A stretch of DNA of 64,000 bases from an uncultured Methanoregulaceae archaeon (GTDB lineage: Archaea > Halobacteriota > Methanomicrobia > Methanomicrobiales > Methanospirillaceae): positions 136,053 to 200,052 of the forward strand of contig CAWHHQ010000001.1 of the NCBI GenBank assembly GCA_963829225.1, in the 5' to 3' direction. Both the position numbers and the translations under genes were made by a program. The stretch's first letter is position 1. The number at the start of each line of letters is the position of its first letter. Under the pieces are notes generated by a model. That model searched no databases. It was not told the DNA's origin and saw only the letters and a program-made list of their open reading frames with translations. Positions 10,717 through 23,013 of the stretch are shown here, piece by piece.

Positions 10717-11634
10717 TTATGTATTCAGCAGATACCCGCTGCCCCGGCGCTGAATAAACCCTTCTGTTTCAAGAACCGCCAGAATTCTCAGTACACGAAC
10801 GCGGTCTTCGGCGAGACGAATGATAAATTCTTCCTCATCCAGAACCTGCTCTTTAAGCAAAATTTTCAGGATAATTCCCCGGATCTTCCGGTCTGAGCCT
10901 TCAAATGAAGACTGTCTCGAATAATGAGCACTTCGCCGGTTCGGGTTGGAAACGGTCTTCTTGAGCGCCGAGCCCAGATCCATGAGTGCCCAATACCAAA
11001 CCCGGGGATTCCGGCGATATAACGCACGTTCGACCAGCGGGAGAATTTCCGAATCGTTTACGGTTTCGGATCCGCTGAAGAAAAAGTGGATGAAAACCCG
11101 GCGAATATTTGTTTCGATGAAGATAACCGGCAAATTGAACGCAAATGCTGCAATGGATGAAGCGGTTGCCCTCCCGATACCCGGAAATGTAGCCAGCTGA
11201 TCAACATCCGCAGGAAGAACCCCGTCATATTCGGTCATTACCCTGACGGCACATTTCTGCAATGCTACCGCCCTGCGGTTATACCCCATCCCCTGCCAGA
11301 CGGTGAGCACCTCAGCAAGGGTTGCTGCGGCGAGTGCTGTAAAGTCGGGAAAGGTTTCTATAAATTCAGGAAATTTCAGGGAAACGCGTTCGACCTGGGT
11401 CTGCTGGAGCATAATCTCAGAAACAAGGATCTGATAGGGATCCGATGTGTGTCTCCAGGCCATATCACGACCATGCTGTTCGTAATACGACATCACCATC
11501 TGTTGGAATTCTGAAATTCCGGGAGAGGAAACTCCATCACCGGAAAATCCGGACCCGGATAATTGAATGGTTTGCTTTCTGCATGCTTCATGGATAGTGC
11601 CCGGGTTAAAATATCTCAGGTAGATACCGGTCAT
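10717..11634 (-). CDS. mutY: MutY-like HhH-GPD adenine glycosylase lacking the 4Fe-4S motif
   Basis: PYQILVSEIMLQQTQV, WQGMGYNRRA, PGIGRATA, ETNIRRV, ALMDLG; no cysteine cluster follows. The true start may lie ~30-45 codons downstream. Confidence 0.8.
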   Translation of the reverse strand: MTGIYLRYFNPGTIHEACRKQTIQLSGSGFSGDGVSSPGISEFQQMVMSYYEQHGRDMAWRHTSDPYQILVSEIMLQQTQVERVSLKFPEFIETFPDFTALAAATLAEVLTVWQGMGYNRRAVALQKCAVRVMTEYDGVLPADVDQLATFPGIGRATASSIAAFAFNLPVIFIETNIRRVFIHFFFSGSETVNDSEILPLVERALYRRNPRVWYWALMDLGSALKKTVSNPNRRSAHYSRQSSFEGSDRKIRGIILKILLKEQVLDEEEFIIRLAEDRVRVLRILAVLETEGFIQRRGSGYLLNT

Positions 11635-11705
11635 ATTCTGTCTTAATTATTCAGGTACTGGCAATAAGGTCAGAACGAGGAAATATGAGCCAGATCACCG
11701 GTCAT

Positions 11706-13505
11706 TCAGGTGCGTTTGAACATAGCGTCGAGATCCTGCCGGGTGAACCGGATTATGGTGGGTCTCCCGTGGGGGCAGGTGAAGGGGTTTTTTACTGACC
11801 GTAACTGCTGAACCAGTCGCTCGCATTGTTCCCTTGTACAGACAGTCCCGGCTTTGATCGCCCCCCGGCACGCGATAATGCGGATAATTTTTTCCCGGTC
11901 GGTTACCGCACCGGATGGCTCTTCAATGATAAGATCGTTTACCATCTCATCGATAAGGGCCAGATGTTCAAGTCTTCCCAGGACGACCGGAATGGATCTG
12001 ACAAGGAATGTATCTTTCCCAAACTCCTCAAGAATGAACCCGGCCTCAGCAAGAACCGGTAAAAGATCGCGGAGAACGGCGACTTCATGCAGGGGTCTGT
12101 GCAGGACAAAGGGGACGATAAGTTCCTGTGAACCATGATCTCCTGATATGCTGGCGAAGATCTGCTCGTACAGAATCCGTTCGTGAACGGCATGCTGATC
12201 GATCACGACAAGCTCGCCGGTATCAGTTGTGGCCAGGATATAAATGCCCCCGAACTGGCCGATAACTTCCATGGACGGAAGCCGCGTACCGAGCGGAACC
12301 GTACCCGTAGGAAGTTCTGTCTGCCGCAGACTGGCGATCTGATGCGAGAGTTCCTGCATGCGTCGTTTCGTGGACCCCCGAAGGTGCCAGCGCACCGTGG
12401 ACATATCCAGGGTCTGAGCCCGGTTCCGTTCCCTTACCAGCCTCAAAAGCGTTTGATCGTGACAGGACGACGACATCCGGTATCAGGTCATGCTGAAGCA
12501 ATGCCGTGCTCACTGCTTCGGTCACCAGGCTGGCGATCTCTTTTTCCCGGGAGAGTCGGACCAGTTTTTTTGTTGGATGGACATTGACATCAACAAGGTC
12601 GGTATCCATGGTCATGGCAAGGAATGCGATCGGGAACCGGTCTTTGGGAAGCAGGGTGCCATAACCCTGTTTTGCAGCTCCGCTGATCAATACCGACGAA
12701 ACCGATCGCTGGTTGATTGCAACCATAATGCGGGAGGGATCTTTTCGTGTGAGCGATGGGCGTGAAATATACCCGGAGATTTTCATGTAGGGAAGCGCAC
12801 GATCCACGGGGATGAGTTCTTTTACTATATCGCTTCCATACAGGCGGGCAATAGTATCGAGGACCCGTACCGATCGATCCGTCATCAGCTTCTCGTCCCG
12901 GTTGGTGACGAGCCGGAAGGATATCCCGGGATGGGCGAGACTGATGCCCTCAAGAAATGCGTAAATATGCGCAAGCTCCGTGTTCTTACTCTTCTGGAAC
13001 TTTTTTCGTGCCGGCGTGTTGAAAAAAAGGTCCTCTACCAGGATACTGGTCCCTTCAGGCGCGCCGATATCGCACGTCTGGAGGATCTTCCCCCCTTCGA
13101 CAACGACCTTTGTTCCCCCGATAATCCCCGGTGCCCGACGCCGCGTTGTCAGGGTAACTCTCGATACTGCGGCGATGCTGGCAAGAGCCTCTCCCCGGAA
13201 TCCGAGAGTCTCAGCCCGGGGAGATCTTCTATTCGTTGGATCTTGCTCGTCGCATGAGGTGCAAAGGCAAGCACAGCATCAGCAGGAGACATCCCCGATC
13301 CGTCATCGATTACGTGGATATTCCTGATACCCTCTTTCGAAGTAATAATATCGATTAATATGGCATGGGCTCCAGCATCAACTGCATTTTCAACAAGCTC
13401 TTTTACGACGGATGCAGGACGCTCAACCACCTCTCCTGCAGCGATCTTGTTTACCGTTGCCTGGTCAAGGATGTGTATGGTGGAACCTGCTTTTTCTTCG
13501 ATCAT
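11706..13505 (-). CDS. mutL: DNA mismatch repair protein MutL (two compensating indels, ~13220 and ~12330)
   Basis: [63 protein letters not shown] and CPHGRP spread across three frame segments. Confidence 0.92.
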
Positions 13506-16189
13506 GACGGCGTCTCCTTATTTTTCAGCATCTGTTGCAGCTCGACGATCTTTGCAAGAGCCTGGAGGGGGGTCATTCCGTCGGTATTGATCCCGGCAAG
13601 GTGATCGAGAACCGGGTCGGGATCCGGTGTTTGTGGCGGATTTTCGTTATCAACAAGGAGGATCTGCGTGTAACGCTGGGGGCGGGTCCCTGACGGGACA
13701 TCGCGGTTCATGGTCTCGTTCAGGATACCTGCGGCGCGGTCGGTTACTTTTTTGGGAATACCGGCAAGCCGGGCGACGTGAATTCCATAACTTTTGTCAG
13801 TTGCGCCACCGATGAGCTTTCGCAGGAAAATGACGTCATTATTTGTCTCTTTTACCGCAAAATGATAATTTTTTGCCCGTTTCAGGGATGCTTCAACCTC
13901 AACAAGTTCGTGAAAGTGCGTGGCGAACAGAGTTTTTGGCCCGGCTCCTGTCCGACCGTGCAGGTATTCAAGGACCGCTTTTGCAATAGAATGCCCGTCT
14001 GCCGTGCTTGTCCCTCTCCCGATCTCATCAAGGATTACGAGACTCCGGGCAGTAACATTGTTAAGGATATTTGCAAGCTCGAGCATCTCGACAAAAAAAG
14101 TACTCTGCCCGCTGGCGAGATCGTCAAAAGCACCAACCCGGGTAAATATCCTGTCAAGAACACCGATACATGCATACCGGGCCGGGACGAAACTTCCGGC
14201 CTGGGCCATGATGCAGATCAGCGCAACCGCCCGCATATAGGTAGACTTGCCCGCCATATTGGCGCCGGTGATAATCATTACCTGGGTACCGGAACTGGCA
14301 AGATCGGTATCGTTCGGTACAAACGTCCCCGCAGCACTCTGTTCAACAACCGGGTGGCGCCCGTCACGAATGGTAATACCATCTCCTTCATTCAGGTGAG
14401 GACGCACGTAATCCCGTACCTGGGCGATCTCGGCGAGGGACGCGGCAACATCCAGGACAGAAATTCCCCCGGCAATAGCCTGGAGATCCGGGATGGCAGT
14501 CCGGAGTGTCCCCAAAATGCCAGAATAGAGTTCACGTTCTGATGCGAGGACCCGCTCGTCGGCATTTGTGATCAGGGTCTCCTTTTCCTGCAGTTCAGGG
14601 AGGGTATACCGTTCGCCGGTCACGGTTGTCTGACGACGCTTATAATGTGACGGGACGAGGTGGAGGTTTGGTTTTGACACATCGATGTAGTAACCGAAAA
14701 TCCGGTTGTAGCCTATTTTGAGTGATTTTATGCCGGTCTTCTGTCGCTCCTCAGCCTGAAGCCTGACAATCCAGTCCTTTCCGGAATGGAGTACCCCTTT
14801 GAGGGAGTCCAGGTCTTCTGAGTAGCCCGGTCGGATAACCCCCCCGTTGCGGGCAATAACCGGGGGATCATCAACGATCGCTCTTCCTATCAGATCAATC
14901 AGGTCCGGCAAATCATGAAGATGCCCGGTTGCATCGACGATATTGTGCGGGATTTCATGGGTGGCGCCTTCCTGGAGAGTAGTTTTGATCTTCGGGAGTA
15001 CGGAAAGCGTAGCCGCGAGGGCAATCAGGTCACGAGGTCCTGCATTTCCATAGGCAATCCGTCCTGCAATCCTCTCGATATCCGCGCACCGCCCCAGCAG
15101 GGTCCTGAGTTCAAGTCGCAGGGGGGTATGAGCGATCAGAAAATCAATGGCATCCAGTCGTTTATTAATTTCATCAGGGTTGGTCGATGGCCGGGAGAGC
15201 TGGCGCATAAGCAAACGGCCCCCCATAGGTGTTTTTGTCAGGTTGAGGCTGGAAAACAGCGTGGCGCCTTTTGGATCGGGGCGAATAGTATTATTCACTT
15301 CAAGGTTCCGCAGCGTGACTGCATCGAGCATGAGACTCTGCCCCGAGGTGCGCAGGGAGAGACTGCTTATGTGTTCGAGCGAGGTCCTCTGGGTTTCTTT
15401 TGCATAGGCAAGCGCGGCACCCCCTGCTCCAATTGCGGGGGGTAATCCCTCGCATCCGAACCCGGCAAGCGAGGCCACATGGAAATGGTTCATGAGATGC
15501 TGGCGTGCCCGATGATCAGAAAATTCGTCATTCTTAACAAGGGTAACTACGACACCCTGCTCCCGGATACGCTCCGCAAGACCCGGCGGAATTCCTGAGG
15601 GAATGATACATTCCGCCGGACGGTAACGGGCAACTTCAGAAAGGATATTTTCAAAACCCGGGTCGTAGTCAGCGAGCACAACAAAAAATTCCCCGGTGGA
15701 AATATCAAGAAGTGCCATTCCCCACTGCTTGTTTTTTGGATCGGGGCAGAGAGCGAGGAGGAACGAAGTTGCCGAAGAGGGCAGCATGGATGGATCGATC
15801 ACAGTTCCCGGGGTGATTACCCGGACCAGCTCGCGTTTTACCATACCTTTGGCAGTTTTGGTATCGCCCACCTGATCGACGACAGCAACCTTGTATCCCT
15901 TACCGACAAGTTTGGCAATATACCCGTCCGCCGCATGATAGGGTACTCCCGCAAGGGGGATCCGGTTTTCGCCACTTTTTGAGCGCGAGGTGAGAACAAT
16001 CTCCAGCTCGCGGGAGATGAGTTCCGCATCCCGTTCAAATGTCTCATAAAAATCACCAATCCTGAAGAACAGGATTGTATCAGGATGTTTTTTCTTGATC
16101 TCCCAATACTGCCGCATTACCGGGGTGGAACGGGCGGCCTGTTCTGCATCGTCCGGAAAGGGGGGATCCTCGTGGGTCATGTAATACAA
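13502..16189 (-). CDS. mutS: DNA mismatch repair protein MutS
   Basis: [49 protein letters not shown]. Confidence 0.96.
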   Translation of the reverse strand: MYYMTHEDPPFPDDAEQAARSTPVMRQYWEIKKKHPDTILFFRIGDFYETFERDAELISRELEIVLTSRSKSGENRIPLAGVPYHAADGYIAKLVGKGYKVAVVDQVGDTKTAKGMVKRELVRVITPGTVIDPSMLPSSATSFLLALCPDPKNKQWGMALLDISTGEFFVVLADYDPGFENILSEVARYRPAECIIPSGIPPGLAERIREQGVVVTLVKNDEFSDHRARQHLMNHFHVASLAGFGCEGLPPAIGAGGAALAYAKETQRTSLEHISSLSLRTSGQSLMLDAVTLRNLEVNNTIRPDPKGATLFSSLNLTKTPMGGRLLMRQLSRPSTNPDEINKRLDAIDFLIAHTPLRLELRTLLGRCADIERIAGRIAYGNAGPRDLIALAATLSVLPKIKTTLQEGATHEIPHNIVDATGHLHDLPDLIDLIGRAIVDDPPVIARNGGVIRPGYSEDLDSLKGVLHSGKDWIVRLQAEERQKTGIKSLKIGYNRIFGYYIDVSKPNLHLVPSHYKRRQTTVTGERYTLPELQEKETLITNADERVLASERELYSGILGTLRTAIPDLQAIAGGISVLDVAASLAEIAQVRDYVRPHLNEGDGITIRDGRHPVVEQSAAGTFVPNDTDLASSGTQVMIITGANMAGKSTYMRAVALICIMAQAGSFVPARYACIGVLDRIFTRVGAFDDLASGQSTFFVEMLELANILNNVTARSLVILDEIGRGTSTADGHSIAKAVLEYLHGRTGAGPKTLFATHFHELVEVEASLKRAKNYHFAVKETNNDVIFLRKLIGGATDKSYGIHVARLAGIPKKVTDRAAGILNETMNRDVPSGTRPQRYTQILLVDNENPPQTPDPDPVLDHLAGINTDGMTPLQALAKIVELQQMLKNKETPS

Positions 16190-16243
16190 AAAATTGCCTT
16201 CCTGATCAATTAATACCGATCTTATCGCTATGCCCGGAGAATC

Positions 16244-16975
16244 CTAGGATTTTTTGTGTATATATACAATCATGAGAGGAATTGAAATGATCAGTGCGAT
16301 GATCCCGAATGAAAGACCGAGAACAAACCCAATACTGACAAGGAGGATGATCTCTGCCAGAATGCTCACCGCAAGAGGGATGCCGCTCCAGAGGATCAGT
16401 ATTCCCGCAAGCGTTATAATGCCAATACCGATGGCCGCATTCCTGATATCCTGTGCAGATGGTGCAACAGACAGTACGAGCGAGAGCGTGATGTAAAGAT
16501 ACAGGAGGAACCAGGGATTGAACATGACAATAAGATTCCGGGTAAACATCCCCAGGACTCCGGTCCCGAGTAAAAAAAGATCGGCACCCGATCCGATACC
16601 CTGGGGAAGAGCGGGGAACACACAGCCGAGATACTGACCAAATACCCAGGTACATCCTGCGAGTACGAGGGGGATGCAGAGGAGGGGCGCGGTACCGATC
16701 ACCACGTCGCCCAGGTAGGGAATTTTCGGCCGGGAATAGGTTACCGAACCTCCCTCTTTTGAGAAAAGCACGACATTTTTTACGCCGGCTCCCATGAGAA
16801 AACAACCGAAGACGTGACTTAATTCATGGACTGCCACGCCGGGAGCGCGGATCACGTAATAAAAAAACCTTATCGGGATTACCTGTGCCCAAAGGACATC
16901 TAATGCCCGCGAAATAAGGATAACGAGGACCCCCATTCCAATGACCACAAGAAACGAGGTCGCATTCTGGTCCAT
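16244..16975 (-). CDS. Membrane M50-like zinc metallopeptidase
   Basis: PGVAVHELSH (HExxH), PSAQD, multiple TM segments; start taken at MDQNA. Confidence 0.7.
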   Translation of the reverse strand: MDQNATSFLVVIGMGVLVILISRALDVLWAQVIPIRFFYYVIRAPGVAVHELSHVFGCFLMGAGVKNVVLFSKEGGSVTYSRPKIPYLGDVVIGTAPLLCIPLVLAGCTWVFGQYLGCVFPALPQGIGSGADLFLLGTGVLGMFTRNLIVMFNPWFLLYLYITLSLVLSVAPSAQDIRNAAIGIGIITLAGILILWSGIPLAVSILAEIILLVSIGFVLGLSFGIIALIISIPLMIVYIHKKS

Positions 16976-17078
16976 TCTGTAAGATACCCATGATCTTTGG
17001 AAGCAGGTCACAGATAATAATACCATACCGGATAGTACGTCTGAAAGTCTCATTATCCGGAACTGCCAATGAGCAGCT

Positions 17079-19205
17079 ATGCCACCAGATAACCGTGGGG
17101 GAAGTCCACCTGATGCCACCGGGATCCATTATAACCGCCTTATCGATGAAAAGAGTCCGTACCTCCTCCAGCATGCGTCAAATCCTGTAGACTGGTACCC
17201 CTGGGGAGACGAGGCATTCGTACGCGCCCTGAAAGAGGATAAACCCGTCTTCCTGTCAATCGGCTACGCCACGTGCCACTGGTGTCATGTAATGGCACAC
17301 GAATCATTTGAGGATGATGGTGTTGCTGCACTTCTCAATAAGGATTTCATCTGCATCAAGGTGGACCGGGAAGAACGCCCGGATATTGACAGCATTTACA
17401 TGTCCGCCTGCCAGATGATGACTGGTCAGGGCGGGTGGCCCCTGACCGTCATCCTTACCCCGGAGAGAAAGCCGTTCTTTGCAGGTACTTACATTCCCCG
17501 GGAGGGGCGGTTTGGCATGAGCGGCCTCCTCGACCTGCTTCCCCGTATTACGAAATTCTGGAAGGAGAAGCGCACTGATCTTACCGCTTCGGCAGATGAG
17601 ATTACGACTGCTCTCCAAAAGACACCGGAATCACCAAGGGAGGATGAACCGGACCGGTCACTTCTCCAGGAGGGATATGACGAACTGGCGGTGCGATTCG
17701 ATGAAGTGAACGGGGGATTTGGCAGTGCCCCAAAATTCCCGACGCCTCATAATCTTCTCTTCCTCTTACGGTTCTGGAAGATGACCGGCAACCCCCATGC
17801 ACGTGCCATGGTGGAAACAACTCTTGACGGGATGCGCATGGGAGGGATCTGCGACCAGATAGGCGGCGGATTCCACCGGTATTCTACCGATGCGAGGTGG
17901 CGGGTGCCGCACTTTGAGAAGATGCTGTACGATCAGGCTCTCCTCCTCATGGCTTATACTGAAGCCTGGCAGGTTACCGGCAACCCACAATTCCGGAACA
18001 CAGCTGAAGAGATCATCACCTATGTTATCCGCGACCTGACCTCCCCGGAAGGTGCATTCTTCTCGGCTGAAGATGCAGACAGCGAAGGCGGGGAAGGGGC
18101 GTTTTATCTCTGGACGAAGGAAGAGGTCGGGCAGATCCTTGGAGAAGATGATACCGCATTCGCTGCACGGTTTTTCACCATGAAAGATACCGGAAATTAC
18201 CCGGCCCCGGCAGAAAAAACGGGACTGAATATTCTTTACCAGACCCCTTCCTCCGGGAGTCTGGTATCCCCCTCCGGAATATCCAATACAGACGCTGAAT
18301 CGCGGCTTGCGTCGATTAAAACCCGGCTCTTCAATACACGGGAACGGCGCTCCCGTCCATCCCGGGACGACAAGATTCTGGCAGACTGGAACAGCCTTTT
18401 CATTGCAGCACTTGCCCAGGCAGCACGAACTTTCGGGAACAAAACCTACCTGGCAGCTGCCCGGCAGGCCATGGAGTTTGTCCTGCACCATATGCATGAT
18501 GAGACCGGCGGGCTCCTGCACCGGTATCGCGGAGGCGAGGCGGCAATCCCGGCATTTGGCGATGACTACGCGTTCCTCATCAAGGCATTGATCGAACTCT
18601 ATGAATCCACCTTCGAACCATCGTATCTCTCGTCAGCGCTCGAACACAATGCCTGGTTTCTGTCGCATTTCTGGGATGCGCGGGAGGGCGGGTTTTTCAC
18701 GATACCGGATACGGAGAAGATCCTTCTGGTCCGGAAAAAAGAGATTTATGACGGGGCCATACCATCATGCAATTCCGTTGCTTTCGAAAATCTCGTGCGG
18801 CTGGCACACCTCACCGGTGACCCGGAACTCGACAAACGGGTGTCCGACCTGTCCCGCTGTTTCGCGGCCACCGTCCAACAATCTCCCTCGGCATATTCAG
18901 GATTCCTGTGCGCTCTTGTTAATGCGATCGGACCCATTCATGATGTCGTGATTACCGGGGATCGCGAGGCTTCGGATACACGATCCATGATCCAGGCACT
19001 TTGGAATCATTACCTTCCCGCAGTCATAGTGCTCTATTTGCCCGGAGATGACTCCCGAACCAGGCTCGTCAGTCTTGCCCCCTTCACCGGGAATATGAAT
19101 TCTACGGTGAGGACCGCCACAGCGCATATCTGTACCGCCCATACCTGTGCCATGCCAACGACCGATGTCCGGCAGATGATGGACCTCCTGGGCGAGAAAA
19201 CCTGA
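17079..19205 (+). CDS. Thioredoxin-domain protein, YyaL/SSP411 family
   Basis: [42 protein letters not shown]. Confidence 0.93.
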   Translation: MPPDNRGGSPPDATGIHYNRLIDEKSPYLLQHASNPVDWYPWGDEAFVRALKEDKPVFLSIGYATCHWCHVMAHESFEDDGVAALLNKDFICIKVDREERPDIDSIYMSACQMMTGQGGWPLTVILTPERKPFFAGTYIPREGRFGMSGLLDLLPRITKFWKEKRTDLTASADEITTALQKTPESPREDEPDRSLLQEGYDELAVRFDEVNGGFGSAPKFPTPHNLLFLLRFWKMTGNPHARAMVETTLDGMRMGGICDQIGGGFHRYSTDARWRVPHFEKMLYDQALLLMAYTEAWQVTGNPQFRNTAEEIITYVIRDLTSPEGAFFSAEDADSEGGEGAFYLWTKEEVGQILGEDDTAFAARFFTMKDTGNYPAPAEKTGLNILYQTPSSGSLVSPSGISNTDAESRLASIKTRLFNTRERRSRPSRDDKILADWNSLFIAALAQAARTFGNKTYLAAARQAMEFVLHHMHDETGGLLHRYRGGEAAIPAFGDDYAFLIKALIELYESTFEPSYLSSALEHNAWFLSHFWDAREGGFFTIPDTEKILLVRKKEIYDGAIPSCNSVAFENLVRLAHLTGDPELDKRVSDLSRCFAATVQQSPSAYSGFLCALVNAIGPIHDVVITGDREASDTRSMIQALWNHYLPAVIVLYLPGDDSRTRLVSLAPFTGNMNSTVRTATAHICTAHTCAMPTTDVRQMMDLLGEKT

Positions 19206-19501
19206 CAATAAAAATAAGGAAAAATTCTTTTTAATCTCGGAATTAAAAAGAGGGTTCTGAGATAATCTGACAACATTTGCGGGATCTTTTGATCAGATTT
19301 CCTGTTATAAGATAATTTTTCCGGTGAATATCAGGGTATTTCAAGGCTCATCCATCTTATAGCATCTGTGAAAGGATGGCTGGGAGAAATTACTGGTGTA
19401 AAATGTTTTTTTTTAACCCGAAAATTTTCTGGCTCTGAAGAAGTCCCGGCTCTTCGTCCGGATTATGAGATCTTAAGATAATAAAACTCCGAGGGAAAAA
19501 A

Positions 19502-19978
19502 TCAGAGATTTTTCAGAGCAACGAGATCCTTGACCCCGACCAGCTTCCAGACCAGCGAACGTTCTTCTTCAGCAATTGCTGCAGGGGGATCCGAAGGGGA
19601 ATGGCCGAGTGCCGCGAGGATATTGCACGAAAGATCCCGTTCTACTACCAGATCGACGAATTTCTCCCGGATGATCTTTTTCTCGATAGAGTCGTGAACT
19701 TCTTCAAGGTATCCCTGAAGGGTCACGAACATGTATGACGAGAGGTCTTTGGTGTATTTCTCAATCTCAACAGAAACATAGGGACTCTTCCGGAAATAGT
19801 CGATCTTTTTTCCGTATTTTGTTGAGAGGAAGTAGAGGAAGGATCCATCAAAAACATACAGGAAAGGTGCAATATAAGGATATTTTTCACCCTGGAATGC
19901 GATCCGGCAGACATAGCCCTTTTCAATAAGCCGATCGTACTCCTGTTTTTCCATCCGCGGGATTTTCAATATATCCAT
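19502..19978 (-). CDS. Pyridoxamine 5'-phosphate oxidase-like (NimA-type) flavin-binding protein
   Basis: CRIAF...PYIAP...GKKIDY...VSVEI pattern. Confidence 0.8.
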   Translation of the reverse strand: MDILKIPRMEKQEYDRLIEKGYVCRIAFQGEKYPYIAPFLYVFDGSFLYFLSTKYGKKIDYFRKSPYVSVEIEKYTKDLSSYMFVTLQGYLEEVHDSIEKKIIREKFVDLVVERDLSCNILAALGHSPSDPPAAIAEEERSLVWKLVGVKDLVALKNL

Positions 19979-20054
19979 AAACTCACCTCATTGGAATTCC
20001 CGATGTTACCAGATAAACTTTATTAATCGTTGTCGAAATAATAAAAAAGAAAAA

Positions 20055-21422
20055 TTATTTCTCTATAGGGTATCCTGCCTTTTTCCATGCGGTCATCCCT
20101 CCAAGGACATTCGTTACCTGGTGATACTGGTGGATCGCAAGAATGCTTGCTGCAAGGCTGCCTTTATATCCGGCATCGCAATAAACCACAATCGGTTCAT
20201 TTGTCGGGATATCGTCCAGGTGCTGCGGCAGTTCACCGATATATATCTGGTGAGCCCCCGGGATACGACCGACCTCGTTCCAGTTTTTTATGTCCCGGAC
20301 ATCAAGTAAGAAAGGCTCTTCTTTCCCGAGCCGTTCCTTCAACTGCTGGACTGAACAGGTGGGTATGGTTCCGATATCCTGTGCCGCCTTGGTCCAGAGA
20401 GGAAATCCTCCGGAGAGTATGCCGGCAAGGGAATCATATCCCAGCCGGATAAAATGGCGGAGAACAGGGTCAAGGTCGAGATTAAAGTCGTCGATAATCA
20501 CGACCGGTTTCTGGTAATCAAGGAACCAGCCCATGAATGACGGGAGACCCTCGCGCCAGATCGAGAAGCTGCCGGGGATATGCCCTCCACCAAAACTCGT
20601 TGGCGACCTGATATCAACGATCTGGCAGCCGGATTTCCTGAGCTGGTTAACATCTGCGATGGAAAGTTCCCGCAGATCCGGCATCCGTTTGAGGATCGCA
20701 TGGCCGTTCAGGTTATAATTCTCCATCTGCCGGAAATAGGGGGGATAATACGGGGATTCTGCGGAACGGTGCGCAATAAATGCCTCCCGTCCTTGTGCCA
20801 GAACAGCGTTGGTCTCTTTTTCGTACCCAATGGTCGTGAACGGGTGATCTGCGATTTCTGTTCCGCACACCGATCCGGCGCCATGGGCCGGACAAACGAT
20901 CACGCCATCGCCGAGGGGGAGAATTTTCCCCGTGATGCTGTCATAGATCTTTGCCGCCATCTCGGCTTTGCGTTCCTGCCCGAAGAAGTCGGTCCGTGCA
21001 ATTTCACCGGAAAAAAGAGTGTCCCCGCAAAATATCATATACGGCCGGTCTGAAACCTCCGTATCATACAGCACGAGAGAGATGCTCTCCTCGGTATGGC
21101 CAGGCGTTTCCTGTACCAGCAGTTCCAGTGACCCCAGCACAAACCTGTCGCCCTCTTGTGCCGGCTTTCCATAGGCAAATGACAAATGGGCGCCATGGTA
21201 AATCTCTGCACCACACCGGTCGACGAGTTCCAGCGATCCAATGACATAGTCCTCGTTCCGGTGCGTCTCGAAGATATGGGTGATGACGAGTCCATGCCGG
21301 CTGGCGAGCCGGAGATAAATATCACCGTCACGCCGCGGATCGATCACCGCAGCCCTGCCGCCCGATCCGATAAGATAGGAATTATGGGATAGACCCTCAG
21401 AGACAATCCGTTCAAAAATCAT
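20055..21422 (-). CDS. MBL-fold hydrolase fused to two rhodanese domains (persulfide dioxygenase/sulfurtransferase-like)
   Basis: ETHRNEDY, TPGHT, CPAHGAGSVCG; rhodanese GHIPGS; active-site loop YCDAGYKG in the last domain. Confidence 0.88.
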   Translation of the reverse strand: MIFERIVSEGLSHNSYLIGSGGRAAVIDPRRDGDIYLRLASRHGLVITHIFETHRNEDYVIGSLELVDRCGAEIYHGAHLSFAYGKPAQEGDRFVLGSLELLVQETPGHTEESISLVLYDTEVSDRPYMIFCGDTLFSGEIARTDFFGQERKAEMAAKIYDSITGKILPLGDGVIVCPAHGAGSVCGTEIADHPFTTIGYEKETNAVLAQGREAFIAHRSAESPYYPPYFRQMENYNLNGHAILKRMPDLRELSIADVNQLRKSGCQIVDIRSPTSFGGGHIPGSFSIWREGLPSFMGWFLDYQKPVVIIDDFNLDLDPVLRHFIRLGYDSLAGILSGGFPLWTKAAQDIGTIPTCSVQQLKERLGKEEPFLLDVRDIKNWNEVGRIPGAHQIYIGELPQHLDDIPTNEPIVVYCDAGYKGSLAASILAIHQYHQVTNVLGGMTAWKKAGYPIEK

Positions 21423-21502
21423 CGTATCTTTCCCTTCTCGTGGAATTACACCGTTGCTCGGTAAATAGATTATGAAACAGTCAATTAATAAAAAAATATT
21501 TT

Positions 21503-22819
21503 CTATTCCCAGCTGTAGGCATAATTAAGAAGGATCGGTGTCCTGTCCGTGCCCGACAAGCGCTCCTGTATGAGGCTCGAGATGTGGTTCAGGCTTACCG
21601 GGATGTAGCCGAGCACCTCTGCACTCACATTGATCCGGCGGCTCTCAAAATTGATGAACGGATAACACCGGAGATTGTTGTTATGGTGGTGCCCGTGGAT
21701 CACCCAGCCATCAAATCGCTCCGGGGCATCCGCAGGATCGTGAACGAGACAGAACCGCAGGCCCCTGTGTTCGAGGATAGTCAGCGGCTGTGCCCCCGGT
21801 TGCCGGAGATCATGATTTCCCTGAATGAAGGTGATCCGCCCCCGTAGTTTATTCCGGTAATACTCCGCTGAATCTCCACCCCGCCCATATCTCAGGTCTC
21901 CCAGGTAGTATACGCGGTTTGCCGGAGAGATCGTGTAATTCCAGTTTTTTATGAGTACATGATCCATCTCACGGATATCAGAGTAGAAGAACGGGCGGGA
22001 GCAGTAACGTATGATATTTGCATGCCCGAGGTGCAGGTCTGATACCAGGAAGATGTCCCCGGGATCCGAGAACCGGGGATCCAGTAGTTCGAACCCTGCC
22101 CGGTGCCGGTAAAGCCGGAGGGTATTCTGCCATGCCGGATTGTTCTGACTATGACTGGTGACGATCCAGTGTTTTTCGAGAAGATCGTATTCTGCGAGGA
22201 TTGATTCGCCCTTCATTATGGTGATCCTGAGTCCTGCTTCATCGAGCGTGAGCGGCTGGACTTCATCCTTTCCTCTCCTTCGGATGGCTTGTTGTATCCT
22301 GTGCAGGATCCTGGCAACAAAACCGGAGTATTGCCGGTCCCCCCCATACACATCCTGGTTGCATCTTATCAGGGTGGAAAAGACCGAGGACGCAACAGAT
22401 GCGTCAAGATGGTTTGCTACCGTAACATGGAACCATTTGCTGGCCGGAGTAGTATCCCATACATTGCTACTGCATACCAGCGGGGATACCGCACCTGCGA
22501 TTGATGCCGTGAGGATTCTTAATTCCTCCGAAGGCCGGACCCGGAACGCGATCACACTGCCGGACATTCCCTCACGCTTTTCCCAGCCGTCAAGAGTGAA
22601 CGGTAGCGGATCACAGGCACCTGCAACACTCCCGACTGCTTCAAGGAGCTGTGCTGAGGAAACCCCGTGATTCAGGGTCAGGGGCCCAAACAGCGTGATA
22701 TGGGGGTGTTTCTCTATGAAACCTCCGATATTAAACAATCGTGCGATAGTAAAAACTGTCTTCCTGATCCGCCATTTCGTCCTTCCAAGACGGATCTCAA
22801 TAAGGTAAATATCTTCCAT
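21503..22819 (-). CDS. 2H-phosphoesterase (2'-5' RNA ligase-like) fused to a calcineurin-like metallophosphoesterase
   Basis: HITL and HVTV in the N-terminal half; SDLHLGH, YLGD, GNHD, HGHHH in the C-terminal half. Confidence 0.82.
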   Translation of the reverse strand: MEDIYLIEIRLGRTKWRIRKTVFTIARLFNIGGFIEKHPHITLFGPLTLNHGVSSAQLLEAVGSVAGACDPLPFTLDGWEKREGMSGSVIAFRVRPSEELRILTASIAGAVSPLVCSSNVWDTTPASKWFHVTVANHLDASVASSVFSTLIRCNQDVYGGDRQYSGFVARILHRIQQAIRRRGKDEVQPLTLDEAGLRITIMKGESILAEYDLLEKHWIVTSHSQNNPAWQNTLRLYRHRAGFELLDPRFSDPGDIFLVSDLHLGHANIIRYCSRPFFYSDIREMDHVLIKNWNYTISPANRVYYLGDLRYGRGGDSAEYYRNKLRGRITFIQGNHDLRQPGAQPLTILEHRGLRFCLVHDPADAPERFDGWVIHGHHHNNNLRCYPFINFESRRINVSAEVLGYIPVSLNHISSLIQERLSGTDRTPILLNYAYSWE

Positions 22820-23013
22820 GGCCCAGCCCGCAGGTGTAATTTCTATTGGGGGTCTTCAGGGTTAAACCTTTGATAGATGTATCTTCGCCCGACCCACCAG
22901 GGAACGGTGAAGGTATCCGGTGTGTGATAATCATGGGGGGAATCACCGTCATTACCCTTGGCCTGCCATTATCCATACCCTCATGGGAAGAGGGGATCAA
23001 TAAGTTACCAGCG

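Noticed and set aside
11706-13505. Inactivated mutL (mutator strain) as the cause of the indels
   Set aside because: All motifs are intact and its two indels match the artefact pattern. Real breaks in dnaK, fdhA and acsD together are implausible. Not formally excluded without reads.
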